Shown here: in pieces, positions 12,271 through 23,866 of the stretch
Layout of the letters: every line of letters starts with the position of its first letter
Numbering within the stretch: position 1 is the first letter of the stretch
Source: Octopus sinensis
Lineage: Eukaryota
DNA: 64,000 nt
Reading direction: 5' to 3'
NCBI RefSeq assembly: GCF_006345805.1
Contig: NC_043004.1
Span: 93,124,001-93,188,000, forward strand
Position numbers and translations under genes: made by a program
Notes under the pieces: generated by a model
Seen by the model: only the letters and a program-made list of their open reading frames with translations
The model's database searches: none
Told to the model about the DNA's origin: nothing

Positions 12271-13360
12271 TTAATCATCCTTAAGAGAAAATTTATAAAG
12301 ACTGTTCAGTTTAAAGGTGTTGAACCATGTAGGACTACATGTTCATAGTTTCAGATTATGTAATTTTCACTGAATTGCGACTCTGAGCAAGACACCTAAT
12401 ACTGCTTGCTCCAGTCAGTCAATCTGACTGAATGACTTAAAATAAACCTGTTCTACTCCTTACTTTAAGTTGGGTGGTTAAGTGTTAAAGAAAGAAAGCA
12501 AGCCATTCAGTCAAATAAATTGTTTCATCAAATACCAGACTGACTATAACATAGTCTGCTTGCAAGAATAGAAGTCATGGTTTTGATTGGTAACAGTTAA
12601 AAATAAAAAGGACAACTTATTAACACCTAACCTAAACTTAACTTTATCATACCTTCTATTCAGTCCCTTCATGCAACTATTCTTCTGTGAAATCTGTTCA
12701 TTTTTTTGTTCTTTTATTTATATATATATATATATTTTCTTCTTGATTCACTTCACCTCACTCCAATTACAAAGCTATGTAGAAGCAACAAGCTTTGAAA
12801 GGAATGCTGGGTAAATGGGGTGAGGCTGATTCACATAACCTTTTTTTTGATACATGACAACATGAAATGAGACATTAATTGGGTTACCCAACAAATTTAC
12901 GAAGTGTCGTTCTTTTAATGTTTTCTCTCCTGCTTCAGCCTGACAATTTTATTTTTCTGTTCTTTCATCTCCATTCTTCTAGTTGTTACCTTCCCTTGCT
13001 TTGCTCTCCTCTCTCTCTCTCTCCACTTGCCTCCCCGTTTCCAGGCTATGGTTACTAGTGGGTTTCTAGTTGGGGAAAGTCTAAAGTTTGTAAATAATAA
13101 CTGTTGTATAATTTCTTATTGATGTGAAGTAAGCACCAATCTTGTTGCATAAAAAGAGAAAATCTTTGTTATAATTTCTAAAAGGTATATACATACATGT
13201 GTGTGTGTGTATACATATAAATATATATTAAAAAAGATGTTACCATTTTTGGGGTTTTATTTTTGTTTGTTCTTAATATATTTCTTAGTTTTGTTCTATA
13301 ACATTATTAACCCCTTGGTTTTTGTTTTCCTTGTGTATTTTTGCTACATATTTATATTTA

Positions 13361-13530
13361 GGTGCAGGCATGGCTGTGTGGTTAAGAAGTTCACTTTGCA
13401 ACCACATGGTTTTGGGTTGAGTCCCACTGTGCAGCACCTTGGGCAAGTATTTTCTACTATAACCCCAAACCATCTAATGCCTCATGAGTGGATTTGGCAA
13501 ATGGAATCTATTTGAAAGCCTGTTGTCTTT
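13361..13530 (+). mobile_element. SINE family A head/core (old)
   Basis: GGCATGGCTGTGTGGTTAAGAAG...GCACCTTGGGCAAGT...GAGTGGATTTGG. Confidence 0.75.
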
Positions 13531-13654
13531 GCATGTGTATGTATGTGTGTAAAGGTGGGATCCAAGGATCCAGTCGTAGAAAGTTGGTAAACTTGAAGCA
13601 GTCTGTAGAAGGTATAAAAAAATCACCTTTCAGGAACAATAGTGGTTTAATGAC

Positions 13655-13691
<37 letters not shown>

Positions 13692-13984
13692 ATTGTAATG
13701 ATGATGATAATGATTGTGGCATTGATGGTGACAGTGATCTCAATGATGGTGAAGTATGTTAGGAGTTTTATCAGCATGGGCAAAGTTTTTCAGCCTTCCT
13801 TCCTTTCTGTGAATGTTAGTCTTCAATGTATGCAGACAGTTTTTGTGATCCTAGCAAATTTCCAGACGCAGTACAATGCACCCCTTGCACCCGGTGACTA
13901 ATGATAAAGATGATGGTAATAACAGAACTGGTGATGATAATAGTAAGAGAATGATTTTTTGTTTTAATATGAGGACCTGGATTG

Positions 13985-14210
13985 AGGCAGCAAGTTGGCA
14001 GAATCGTTAGCATGCCAGGCAAAATGCTTAGCAACATTTTGTCCGTCTTTACGTTCTGAGTTCAAATTCTGCCAAGGTCAACTTTGCCTTTCATCCTTTT
14101 GGGGTCAATAAAACAAGTACCAGTTGTGCACTGGGGTTGATGTAATCGACTAACTGTCCCCCTCCCCCGTCCCAGAAATTGCTGGCCCTATGCCAAAATT
14201 TGAAACTAGT
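13985..14210 (+). mobile_element. SINE family C monomer
   Basis: GGCAGCAAGTTGGCAGAATCGTTAGC...GAGTTCAAATTCTGCCAAGGTCAACTTTGCC...CCAAAATTTGAAAC. Confidence 0.8.
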
Positions 14211-14737
14211 GCGAGGACCTGGTGAAACTTGGAGTTATATCTCTGACTCCTCTGTAATAACCATTAGTGAAATTAATGATTGGCTTGCATATATTGATCA
14301 AATGGACAACTCTGCCTGTACATTTTCTCATAGCCACCTTTGAACAAAAATTAAAACAACAACAAAAAGACATATATAGGTGGGAGTTTGTCTATCATTG
14401 CACCTGTTATCAGCCACCTCCTTAGCTTGATAGGGTAGATCTTGACTATTTAGTCTGGCTCACAATTACCCATCATAACTGTCACCATCTCTACAACTAC
14501 TAATATTACTACCATCACTATATTTACCATCATTACATTAACAGCTGTTATTATCAACAACATTGGATTGGAGCATGACTTCTACCATTAACAACTGTTT
14601 TCTTTATGTTGTGTGTAAGCAGAGATTTTTGTCTCTTATGAAGGACACCCATTCTTCAACTTCCACTTAAAACTAAGTTGATTTTATACACTATGACTAG
14701 AAAATGAGTGTGTGTATGTATGTATATATATATATAT

Positions 14738-15037
14738 CACCGTGACCGACCAGACTATCAGATGTTGCTACACATCGCTGGTCACAATGTGCTTCGCATT
14801 GTTTTAGCCTTCAAATGACGCCACCCCGCTGGCTAAGCGAGCAGGCCAACAGAAGAAAGAGTGAGAGAAAGTTGTGGCGAAAGAGTACGGCAGGGTTCAC
14901 CACCACCCCCTGCCGGAGCCTCGTGGAGCTTTAGGTGTTTTCGCTCAATAAGCACTCACAACGCCTGGTCTGGGAATCGAAACCACGACCCTACAACCAC
15001 GAGTCCGCTACCCTAACCACTGGGCCATTGCGCCTCC
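14738..15037 (-). mobile_element. tRNA(Arg)-like SINE family B, tail variant 2
   Basis: Minus GGAGGCGCAATGGCCCAGTGGTTAGGG...GGTTTCGATTCCCAGACC head; 3' tail ...CTGATAGTCTGGTCGGTCACGGTGATA. Confidence 0.88.
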
Positions 15038-15305
15038 ACATATATATATATATATCACCATCATAGTCAATGAAGCAGTGATTGTTAGTGTGATGAAGGG
15101 CAGAAGCAGTTGTAGAGAAAAAGAAAAAGAAATACATTGTTGTATTTTGTCCGACACGGCCCTGTACATTCTGAGATCTAACCCTACTGGATTCTTTGAA
15201 AAATCAACCCCTGGCATCAATTTAATTAACTTACGTCCCTTTAGCTAAGTATGTGGCTTTGTGTAGATGTTATAAGTTATTATATTTATTATTATGAAGA
15301 TAAAA

Positions 15306-15530
15306 CAGTGAGGAGCTGGCAGAATCAGTGGACAGAACGTTTAGTGGCATTTCTTCTGGTTTTTACATTCTGAGCTCAAATATCACCGAGGTCAACTTCG
15401 CTTTTCAGCCTTTTAGGATTAATAAAATAAAGTACCAGTCAAATACTTGGGTTAATGCAATCAACTCCCCCTCCCCCCCAAAAAAACCTCCGAAAATTGC
15501 TGGCCTTGTGCCAAAATTTGAAACGATAAT
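15306..15530 (+). mobile_element. SINE family C monomer
   Basis: GAGGAGCTGGCAGAATC...GAGCTCAAATATCACCGAGGTCAACTTCGC...CCAAAATTTGAAAC. Confidence 0.75.
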
Positions 15531-15859
15531 TCCTTGTATGTAGTTTGTTGTATGTTCAAACCCCACTGAAGCTGACAATACTTTAGAACCATCTGAAGTG
15601 TGATTTTTTTTTTTTTTTATGCTTAAAGTGGGTAGTACAGTGCAGATGACCCTTTTCAGGTCATCTGTGACTAGTTGCAGTGAAGATTTTAATTTTTGAA
15701 TTAAAATCTTCCACCAATCCTTAGTCACAGTTTATGTTCCTAACACTAGCTGAATGATAACCAAGTTATTTTACTAAATTCTTTGTTATATTTAAAGTAA
15801 TTGAAAGAAACACAGAGCATCTCAAAATGAATGCAGTAACAAAAGGGTTAAGGTAACAA

Positions 15860-17110
15860 ATTGGCAGAGTTGGGAAAGCAGTGGTCAAAATACCCAATAG
15901 TACTTATTCCAGCTCTCTATATTCTGGGTTCAAATCCTGCTGAAGTCAGCATTGCCTTTCATCTTTTCAGGGTCAATAAAATAAAACGCAAGTTCAAGGG
16001 TAGTGGGTTCAAGGATTGTTAGACCATCAGATAAGATGCTTTGCATTATTTGTTCCAACTGTTTACATTGAATTCTTGGTTGATAGACTTAATCTCTCAT
16101 TTGGACTAAAACATCAAAGCACCCTCTGATCCTTGGATGCCTTTAACAGAGTTCACTCTGTTGCCAACATTCAGACCAGGTCACTGGTTTGAGGATAACT
16201 TCCTTGCTCCCTCCCTGACTAAGTGGAATAAAATGAAATTATAAAAGTGGCTGGGGTCCTGGCTTGAATGCTTGAAATGGTGGACTCTGCTTAAGGCACC
16301 CAAGTAGAAGAGATGGTGATTAGCAAAATATGATGGCATCAAAATAGAACGACTTGCAGTATTTAGTTGCAATACCTTACATTGCAGTTTCAAATCCTGC
16401 TACTGGTCAACCTTACCTTCCATTTTCCTGGAAAAAGTGAGTTGTACCTGTATTTCAAAGGACGAGCTTTGTCATATTCTATGTTGTGCTGAATCTCCCT
16501 GAAAACTAAATTAAGGGTTCACATATCTGTGGAGTGCTCAGCCACTTGCACATTAATTTCATGAGCAGGCTCTTTGGTTGATTGGAACACTCGTTGCCAT
16601 AACCAATGGAGTGCCAGTTATAGAATAAGTACCAGTTACATACTGAGGTTGTTTCAATTAACTGTACTTGATTCTCTGAAAATGTGTACTATGTAAGAAA
16701 TTATTATTAGGGTGGGGATCTGGCAAAATCCTTAGTGTCAAGGAAATTACCCTGGTGTATTTTTTCCTGCTATTTGTTTTTTGTTCAAATCCTGCTGAAG
16801 TCACTTCTGTCTTTCATCCTTCTGGGATCAATAAAATGAATTACCAATCAAATACTGTAGTCAATGGAATTGACTAATCCCCTCCCCTCAAAAAATATTG
16901 GCCTTGTGCCTAAATCTGAAATAATTATTATTAGGACAGCGAATTAAAGTGTCAGAAAAATGCCTTGTAGTATTTGTTTCAAATCTTTATACTCTGAATT
17001 CAAATCCCACTATGGTCAACATTTTTTTCTTTTCATCTTTCTCGGATCAGTAAAATAAAGTACCCATCAAGTACTGGTGTTGATATAATTGACTAACGCT
17101 TCTCCTCAAA
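15860..17110 (+). repeat. Second tandem cluster of degenerate SINE family C bodies, including one family-B-type tail (about 16440-16620)
   Basis: At least five TTCAAATCC...GTCAAC/GTCAGC..TTTCATC units, all on the + strand. Confidence 0.7.
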
Positions 17111-17183
17111 ATAATAGAATCAAAACAATAGATAATATTATTTATATTTAATCAGTTATTGATATATATATATATATATATAT

Positions 17184-17464
17184 AACTAATGTAGGATAAA
17201 AATTTTTATGGAAAAAAAAAAAATTATCAATGGCCAGCATATCAAAAAATACCTTTAAAGGTTAAATTTATAAATAACTTATAAAATAAGGGCAAAAGAA
17301 AAATTCTAATACCAAATATGCTGAAAAAAAGACAAAATTGTTGATAACCATTATAATTTATGCGTCTCGAGATGCATAAATTATAATTGTTATTGACAAT
17401 TTTGTCTTTTTTTTCGGCATATTTGGTATTAGAATTTTTCTTTTGCCCTTATTTTATAAGTTAT
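17184..17464 (-). mobile_element. Retroelement stub with a loop-less 95/96-bp palindrome, in (TA)n (probable PLE)
   Basis: Arms 17274-17368 and 17369-17464 centred on CTC|GAG; (TA)n on both sides. Confidence 0.55.
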
Positions 17465-17819
17465 AATATATATATTTTTTTTTTTTTTAATTCTAAATTA
17501 AAATCCTACAAGGGGCAACTTTACTTTTCATTTGTCTGAGTTGAAGAAAATAAATAGCACTCAAGTTGCAGAGTGGAGAAGACTGAATAAATTTACTCTA
17601 CTCCCTCCTCTCCTTCTTTAAATTTCTGGTTTTGTGTGGCCAATGTTGGAAATCATTACTGTGGATAGACCCATAGTGAAAAAGGTAAGCTCCTTCTTGT
17701 CACAGTTTCAATCCTCAACCAAAGGTGGTTCGCATCACTTTATTTCTGCAGTGAATTCATTTTGGGAAAGTAATATATATATATACCTTATTTTCATTTT
17801 TCCACAATTTTAATTTTGA

Positions 17820-18040
17820 CCCTTTAGCATTTAAACCAGCTATATCCAGCTCAAATATTCTTCTTGTTTTATGTTCAAACTGGCCAGATCCAGTCTCTCA
17901 CACCTACCCCACTATGTCATTCTAAAATTAATACAATCACATCATTGAAGTCTCAAAGCTATGAGATAATGCATGATTAATTCAAAACAATGTGAATAAA
18001 TAAGCATTGCACTTGACAGAGTAATTTTGAATGTTAAGGG
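17820..18040. mobile_element. piggyBac-type MITE (inverted relative to 2238-2457)
   Basis: TTGA|CCCTTTAGCATT...AATGTTAAGGG|TTAA; internal sequence is the reverse complement of the 2238 copy. Confidence 0.75.
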
Positions 18041-18728
18041 TTAAAATATAGGGGTTTGTTTTCGTTTAGTAGAGATAATGAAAAAAAATACCTTTTATCT
18101 GTGTGATTTGATCACCTCCCTGACCACCACCACATACCTACCTACCCAGAGGATAATTTAACGTTACCACAGTCTGGGGTGAAATTTACATTTACAACCA
18201 ACAATAGCAGCAGCAACAAAAATGACTTGGAAAAAAAATAAAAAAGAAACAAAACAAAAAAGAAAAAAAGGAAGGGAAAAAAGCAACAAAAGAAAACAAG
18301 CAAAAAGAAACAAAATAAAGAAGACCAACTATAGACCAAAAAAAGAAAATTAGCCTTCTATCCTGTACCATGCTCTGATGTCCTATCACAGATGTCCCAT
18401 GATCCACAGGAGACAATGTTCCTCAATATTTGGACTGGCACATATTCGGTTCTTGCCCCCCCCCCCAAAAAAAAGGAACAAATTATTTCCTTTCTCTCTA
18501 TTTTATTTTATTTTCTTTTTTTTTTGTTGCTGTTTCTGTAATTTTTACAGACCTCTGACCAAAGTAAGGTGTTTTGCAGTCCCAACAAGAGTTTAAAATA
18601 TTTGTGATGAAATAAGTAACATGAGGCAGTGAAGTACTTTTTCTACATCTCAAATCTCCTCTCTCTCACTTCATCTTATCTCCCTCTCTCATATATATAT
18701 ATATATGTGAGTGTGTGTGTGTGTGTAA

Positions 18729-18785
<57 letters not shown>

Positions 18786-19227
18786 CGAGTATGGTCCTTT
18801 TCCATACCGAATATACTACTAGGTGAAATTTGTTGATTTTATTAAATTAATTATATTTCACCCTTTATCTGCAATGATTATATATATATGTATATACGCA
18901 CACACACATGCATATATGTGTCTGTGTGTATGTATATCACACATAAACAGATACAGATGTAATGCATACACATTTGTTTTTCATTTACATGCCTCCATTT
19001 ATTTTTCATGATCTGTCTCTGACATACATAACCATGTATTCTTGCATATCACTTGACACATATACCCACTTGTGTGTGTGTATGTGTGTGTATCTGTATA
19101 TATATATATATATATATATATAGCAGAGTAAACACATAAATGTGAAACAAGGTGGAAAAAAAGAGTACTCAAATACCAGTGGCAGAGTAATATGCTTTAT
19201 TTAAAGCAGCTGAAAATTCAACAAAAC

Positions 19228-19265
19228 CTGTTACTCTGAGTTTCACGTTGCCGTTCATCGGACAG
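19228..19265 (-). ncRNA. Identical minimal hammerhead motif on the minus strand
   Basis: Exact reverse complement of 19276-19313. Confidence 0.75.
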
Positions 19266-19275
19266 TTTTTGCTAA

Positions 19276-19313
19276 CTGTCCGATGAACGGCAACGTGAAA
19301 CTCAGAGTAACAG
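19276..19313 (+). ncRNA. Minimal (short helix III) type I hammerhead ribozyme motif
   Basis: CTGT-CCGATGA-ACG GCAA CGT-GAAA-CTC A GAG-TA-ACAG: helix I CUGU/ACAG, core CCGAUGA (U4C), helix II with GNRA loop, GAAA, self-complementary helix III, GUA cleavage triplet. Confidence 0.75.
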
Positions 19314-19345
19314 GTTTTGTTGAATTTTCTGCTGCTTTAAATAAA

Positions 19346-19380
<35 letters not shown>

Positions 19381-19600
19381 CACACACATGCATATTGTTT
19401 ATATATATTTTATAGATATAGGTATAACATGCACACATATAGCCACCCACACACATGGATACATGTTCATTCAAACATACACAATTCTTGCAACTTTTTA
19501 CATACACTCACAATATACATATCCACATGTATTCACACACACACACTGCCCTCCACACATCCACTCTTCCTTTAAGCATTACACACACACACACACACAG

Positions 19601-19644
<44 letters not shown>

Positions 19645-20475
19645 GCGTAAACATGCTCTCTCCCTTTCAAACCATCATGTATTCAAACCATTCACACATA
19701 CAAAGATATATATGTATATATTCTATAATATATTGTATTATAATATATATTATATATATTATAATATGTATATATATTATATATATATATCATAATATGC
19801 ATATATAATATATATTATATATATTATATGTATATATATTATATATATATATTATAATATGCATATATAATATATATTATAATATATATATAAATAAATA
19901 TATGTATATGATGTATATGTAGGACAAGTGTGTAAGGCATTGGACTATATGACTAAGTTATGAGTTCAAATTCACTGCTGACATGTTTTTTTTTTCTTTT
20001 TCTTTTTCTGGAGCTGAACACTTTCTATCATGGCGAGGAATACGTACCAGATAATTTGGGGAACATTATACCTGTGACAGGCTGATGTACTATCCAGTAG
20101 TAGGAGATTGTTCCTCATTCTGTTTCATGTCATAAACCCATCAAACTGGAGCTAGGTACGAAGCCCTTACACAGGCCCCTTGGTAGGGCTTACGAAGGCA
20201 ATTTCATTTTACAATTTACATTCATACCTTCCTTTATGGATACTATATCTTTGACAAAGACAGTCTCATACATACACACACACATGCACATACACACACA
20301 GATATACACACACACATACATAAATACATTTATTTATACATATGTGTATATGTATATATTTACACACAGACACTCATGCATATATATGTATATATATTTA
20401 CAGAAACACATATGTATGTATATATATTTAAACACATGTATGTATGTGTATGTATATATATTATATATATATCTA

Positions 20476-20507
<32 letters not shown>

Positions 20508-20811
20508 CACATATGTGTCTGTGTATGTGTTTTAAAGAGGAAACGTCTGTCTTTACACTCTATATGGATTTTTCTTCAAAAGAAACAATTTTGGCAATGA
20601 AATGGTTGTATCATTATAAATTTGTTTTTGTTTGTTCTTTTCTCTTATATATGGCTTTGTTTTTGTTTTCACAAATTGTCTTTTTGTTAAAGCAGAATAT
20701 TTCTTTCCTCAAACCAAACAGTACAGTTAAGAAAGTAATCAAATGTAGTCATTGGTGAGGTGTATGTATAAAAATGCGTGCATCACATATGGTGAAGAAT
20801 GGTTATCTTTA

Positions 20812-21037
20812 TTTTGTATTTTTAACTTGTTTCAGTCATTAGACTGTGGCCTTGCTGGGGTACTATCATAGGGAATTTTAATAATCAACCCCAATACCTA
20901 CTTTTTTTTAAGCCTGGCGCTTAGTCTCTTTTGCTGAACCATTAAGATGCGAGGACATAAACACACCAACACTGGTTCTCTAGTAGTGGTGGGGGGAACA
21001 GACAGACACGTGTATATATATAATATATATATATAAT

Positions 21038-21079
<42 letters not shown>

Positions 21080-22034
21080 GGGAGTAAATCCAAACTTACA
21101 GGAAAAATTAGATTTAGGATTAAATCTAATTTTACAGTATAAATATATATTATAATATATATATAATATATATTATAATATGCATATATAATATATATTA
21201 TAATATGCATATATAATATATATATAATATATATATATAATATATATATAATATATATTATAATATATATATATAAATTTATAAGTATAAATTAATATTT
21301 AAATAATTTTTTAATTACTTTTTAATACTTTTTGATAGTTATATTTATAAAAAAAAATTTTTTTTATATATATATATATATTTTATTATTTTTATTATTA
21401 TTTTTTTTTAAATATAACTATTAAAAGTATTAAAAAATTTAATATAAGATATATTAATTTTTTTAATACTTTTTGATAGTTATATTTATTAAAAAAATTA
21501 AAATAATAATAATAATAATAATATATATATATAAATTTATAAGTATAAATTAATAATTTAAATAATTTTTTAATTACTTTTTAATACTTTTTGATAGTTA
21601 TATTTATAAAAAAAATTAAAATAATAATAATAATAATAATATATATATATAAATTTATAAGTATAAATTAATAATTTAAATAATTTTTTAATTACTTTTT
21701 AATACTTTTTGATAGTTATATTTATAAAAAAAATTAAAATAATAATAATAATATATATATATAAATTTATAAGTATAAATTAATAATTTAAATAATTTTT
21801 TAATTACTTTTTAATACTTTTTGATAGTTATATTTATAAAAAAAAATTTTTTTTATATATATATATATATATGCACATGCACAACAGGCTTCTTTCAGTT
21901 TCTACTAAATCCACTCACAAGGCTTTGGTTGGCCCAAGGCTATAGAAGACACTTGTTCAATGTGCCATGCAGTGGGATTGAACCCAGAACCATGTAGTTG
22001 GGAAGCAAACTTCTTACCACACAGCCAGGCCTGT
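20812..22034 (-). mobile_element. SINE family A split by an expanded central microsatellite with nested inserts
   Basis: Tail half 20812-21005, head half 21880-22034; the intervening ~870 bp is (TA)n, a 70-bp stub at 21078-21147 and an AT-rich minisatellite. Confidence 0.65.
21255..21860. repeat. Extremely AT-rich ~120-bp tandem minisatellite
   Basis: Repeats of TATAAATTTATAAGTATAAATTAATAATTTAAATAATTTTTTAATTACTTTTTAATACTTTTTGATAGTTATATTTATAAAAAAAA; one inverted sub-block near 21411-21438. Confidence 0.9.
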
Positions 22035-22276
22035 GGTTGAACAAAAAGAGAAAACAACTGATAAGAACTATGTGGAAGCCCGGTAGAATTAGTGCCAGAC
22101 TTTTAAAAAAAATTGTATTGTTCGACTAAAACCCTTCAAGACGGTGCCCCAGCAAAGCCGCAGTCCAGTGATGACTGAAACGAGTAAAAAAATGAAAGGA
22201 ATTGATTGTAATGTAAAAGCATGATGAATAGTAACTTAAATTGAGAAACGCTCATTTATAAAAAAAGAGAAGTTCA

Positions 22277-22535
22277 GTAGACGGAAACTGGAAGAAGCCC
22301 GTCGTATATATGTATGTATGTATATGTTTGTGTGTCTGTGTTTGTCCCCCCACCATTGCTTGACAACCGATGGTGGTGTGTTTATGTCCCGTAACTTAGC
22401 GGTTCAGCAAAAGAGACTGATAGAATAAGTACTAGGCTTACAAAAAATAAGTCCTGGGGTCGATTTACTCGACTAGAAGGCGGTGCTCCAGCATGGCCGC
22501 AGTAAAATGACGGAAACAAGTAAAAGAAAGAGAGA
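22277..22535 (+). mobile_element. SINE family A, 5'-truncated
   Basis: GTAGACGGAAACTG.AAGAAGCCCGTCGTATA...GCATGGCCGCAGT.AAATGAC.GAAACAAGTAAAAGA. Confidence 0.85.
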
Positions 22536-22574
22536 GACTATCAGAAGAAGCATCTTTTTAAAACCTCAATACTG

Positions 22575-23866
22575 TACGAGGTGACATCAAAATGTTTCCG
22601 GACTTGTTATATTTAATATAAAAATAACTTATATAAATAAGTTTTAACATAATCCCCTTCGAAATAGTCACCTTGCGCACCAATACACCAGTTCCTGCCA
22701 CTTTAGCGATCGGTCCTGGAAGTCGTTTTCCATAAGCGAGTCGAGGACCTTCTGCGATTTGCGCTGGATCTCAACAACCGTGTTAAAACGGCAACCTTTG
22801 AGCTGCAGTTTCATATATATTTCTTTATTGCCCACAGGGGGCTAAACATAGAAGGGACAAACAAGGACAGACAAAGGGATTAAGTCGATTACATCGACTC
22901 CAGTGTGTAAATGGTACTTATTTAATCGACCTCGAAAGGATGAAAGGCAAAGTCGACCTCGGCGGAATTTGAACTCAGAACGTAATGGCAGACGAAATAC
23001 CTATTTCTTTACTACCCACAAGGGGCTAAACACAGAGAGGACAGACAGACGGATTAAGTCGATTATATCGACCCCAGTGTGTAACTGGTACTTAATTTAT
23101 CGACCCCCGAAAGGATGAAAGGCAAAGTCGACCTCGGCGGAATTTGAACTCACAACGTAACGACAGACGAAATACCGCTACGCATTTCGCCCGGCATGCT
23201 AACGATTCTGCCAGCTCGCCGCCTTCAGCAGTTTCATATAGGGGAAGAGATGCAAGTTCGCAGGTGCTAAATCTGGTGAATAGGGTGTTTTGGGCGAGAA
23301 ACTCCTGAATGCAGAAAGCTCTGCGAAGAATCCAATTCTTCGTGCTCTACAGCTCCGGTCGTTTTCACCGAATATCCCCCCTCAAACGCTTCAAAACGTC
23401 TCAGCAGAACTCTCAATTGACGGTCTGGCCTAGGGGAATGAATTCTCGATGCACAGAACCACATTTCCCGGCTGACACTCGTGGCAGGTCTTTCAGATTG
23501 CGCATCGTCTTCCAGGGATGTTCTGCTTTTGAAACGCCCATGCCACTCCAAACGTTGCGTACGACCCATTGCCTCATCACCGTAAGCTTGCGGAAGCATG
23601 CTCAATGTCTCCGTAGCAGGTTTCCCAAGTTTAACGCAAAATTTCACGTTGGCTCTTTGTTCCTATCCACGACAAAAATCGCAGACTACAGTATACACGT
23701 GATCACAAAAACACAAATTTCCCAAGTTGCGAAGTAAACACAGCGATGTCACTCGGCACATGTCTCATGAAGGTCACTACTAGCCCTCACTGCGCACTCA
23801 ACCGTGTGCTGTCATCTGTTGACGTGTTACAGAACTAATCCAGGAACTTTTTGATACCACCTTGTA
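22575..23866 (-). mobile_element. Mariner (Tc1/mariner) element, internally deleted pseudo-transposase
   Basis: TA-flanked TIRs TACGAGGTGACATCAAAATGTTTCCGGA / TCCAGGAACTTTTTGATACCACCTTGTA. Minus-strand MKFCVKLGKPATETLSML..AYGDEAM..., PDLAPANLHLFPYMKLQLKGCRF and C-terminal GDYFEGD. Confidence 0.9.
22818..23227 (-). mobile_element. SINE family C dimer inserted in the mariner
   Basis: Head AAGGCGGCGAGCTGGCAGAATCG; two ~205-bp bodies; 13-bp TSD GCAGTTTCATATA at 22805-22817 and 23228-23240. Confidence 0.92.

Larger units (their letters stand above)
19122..19346 (-). mobile_element. Penelope-like 3'-end stub with 5' inversion, in (TA)n
   Basis: (TA)n on both sides; 73-bp inverted arms (19195-19267 and 19274-19346, one mismatch); hammerhead motif in each arm. 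Confidence 0.7.
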
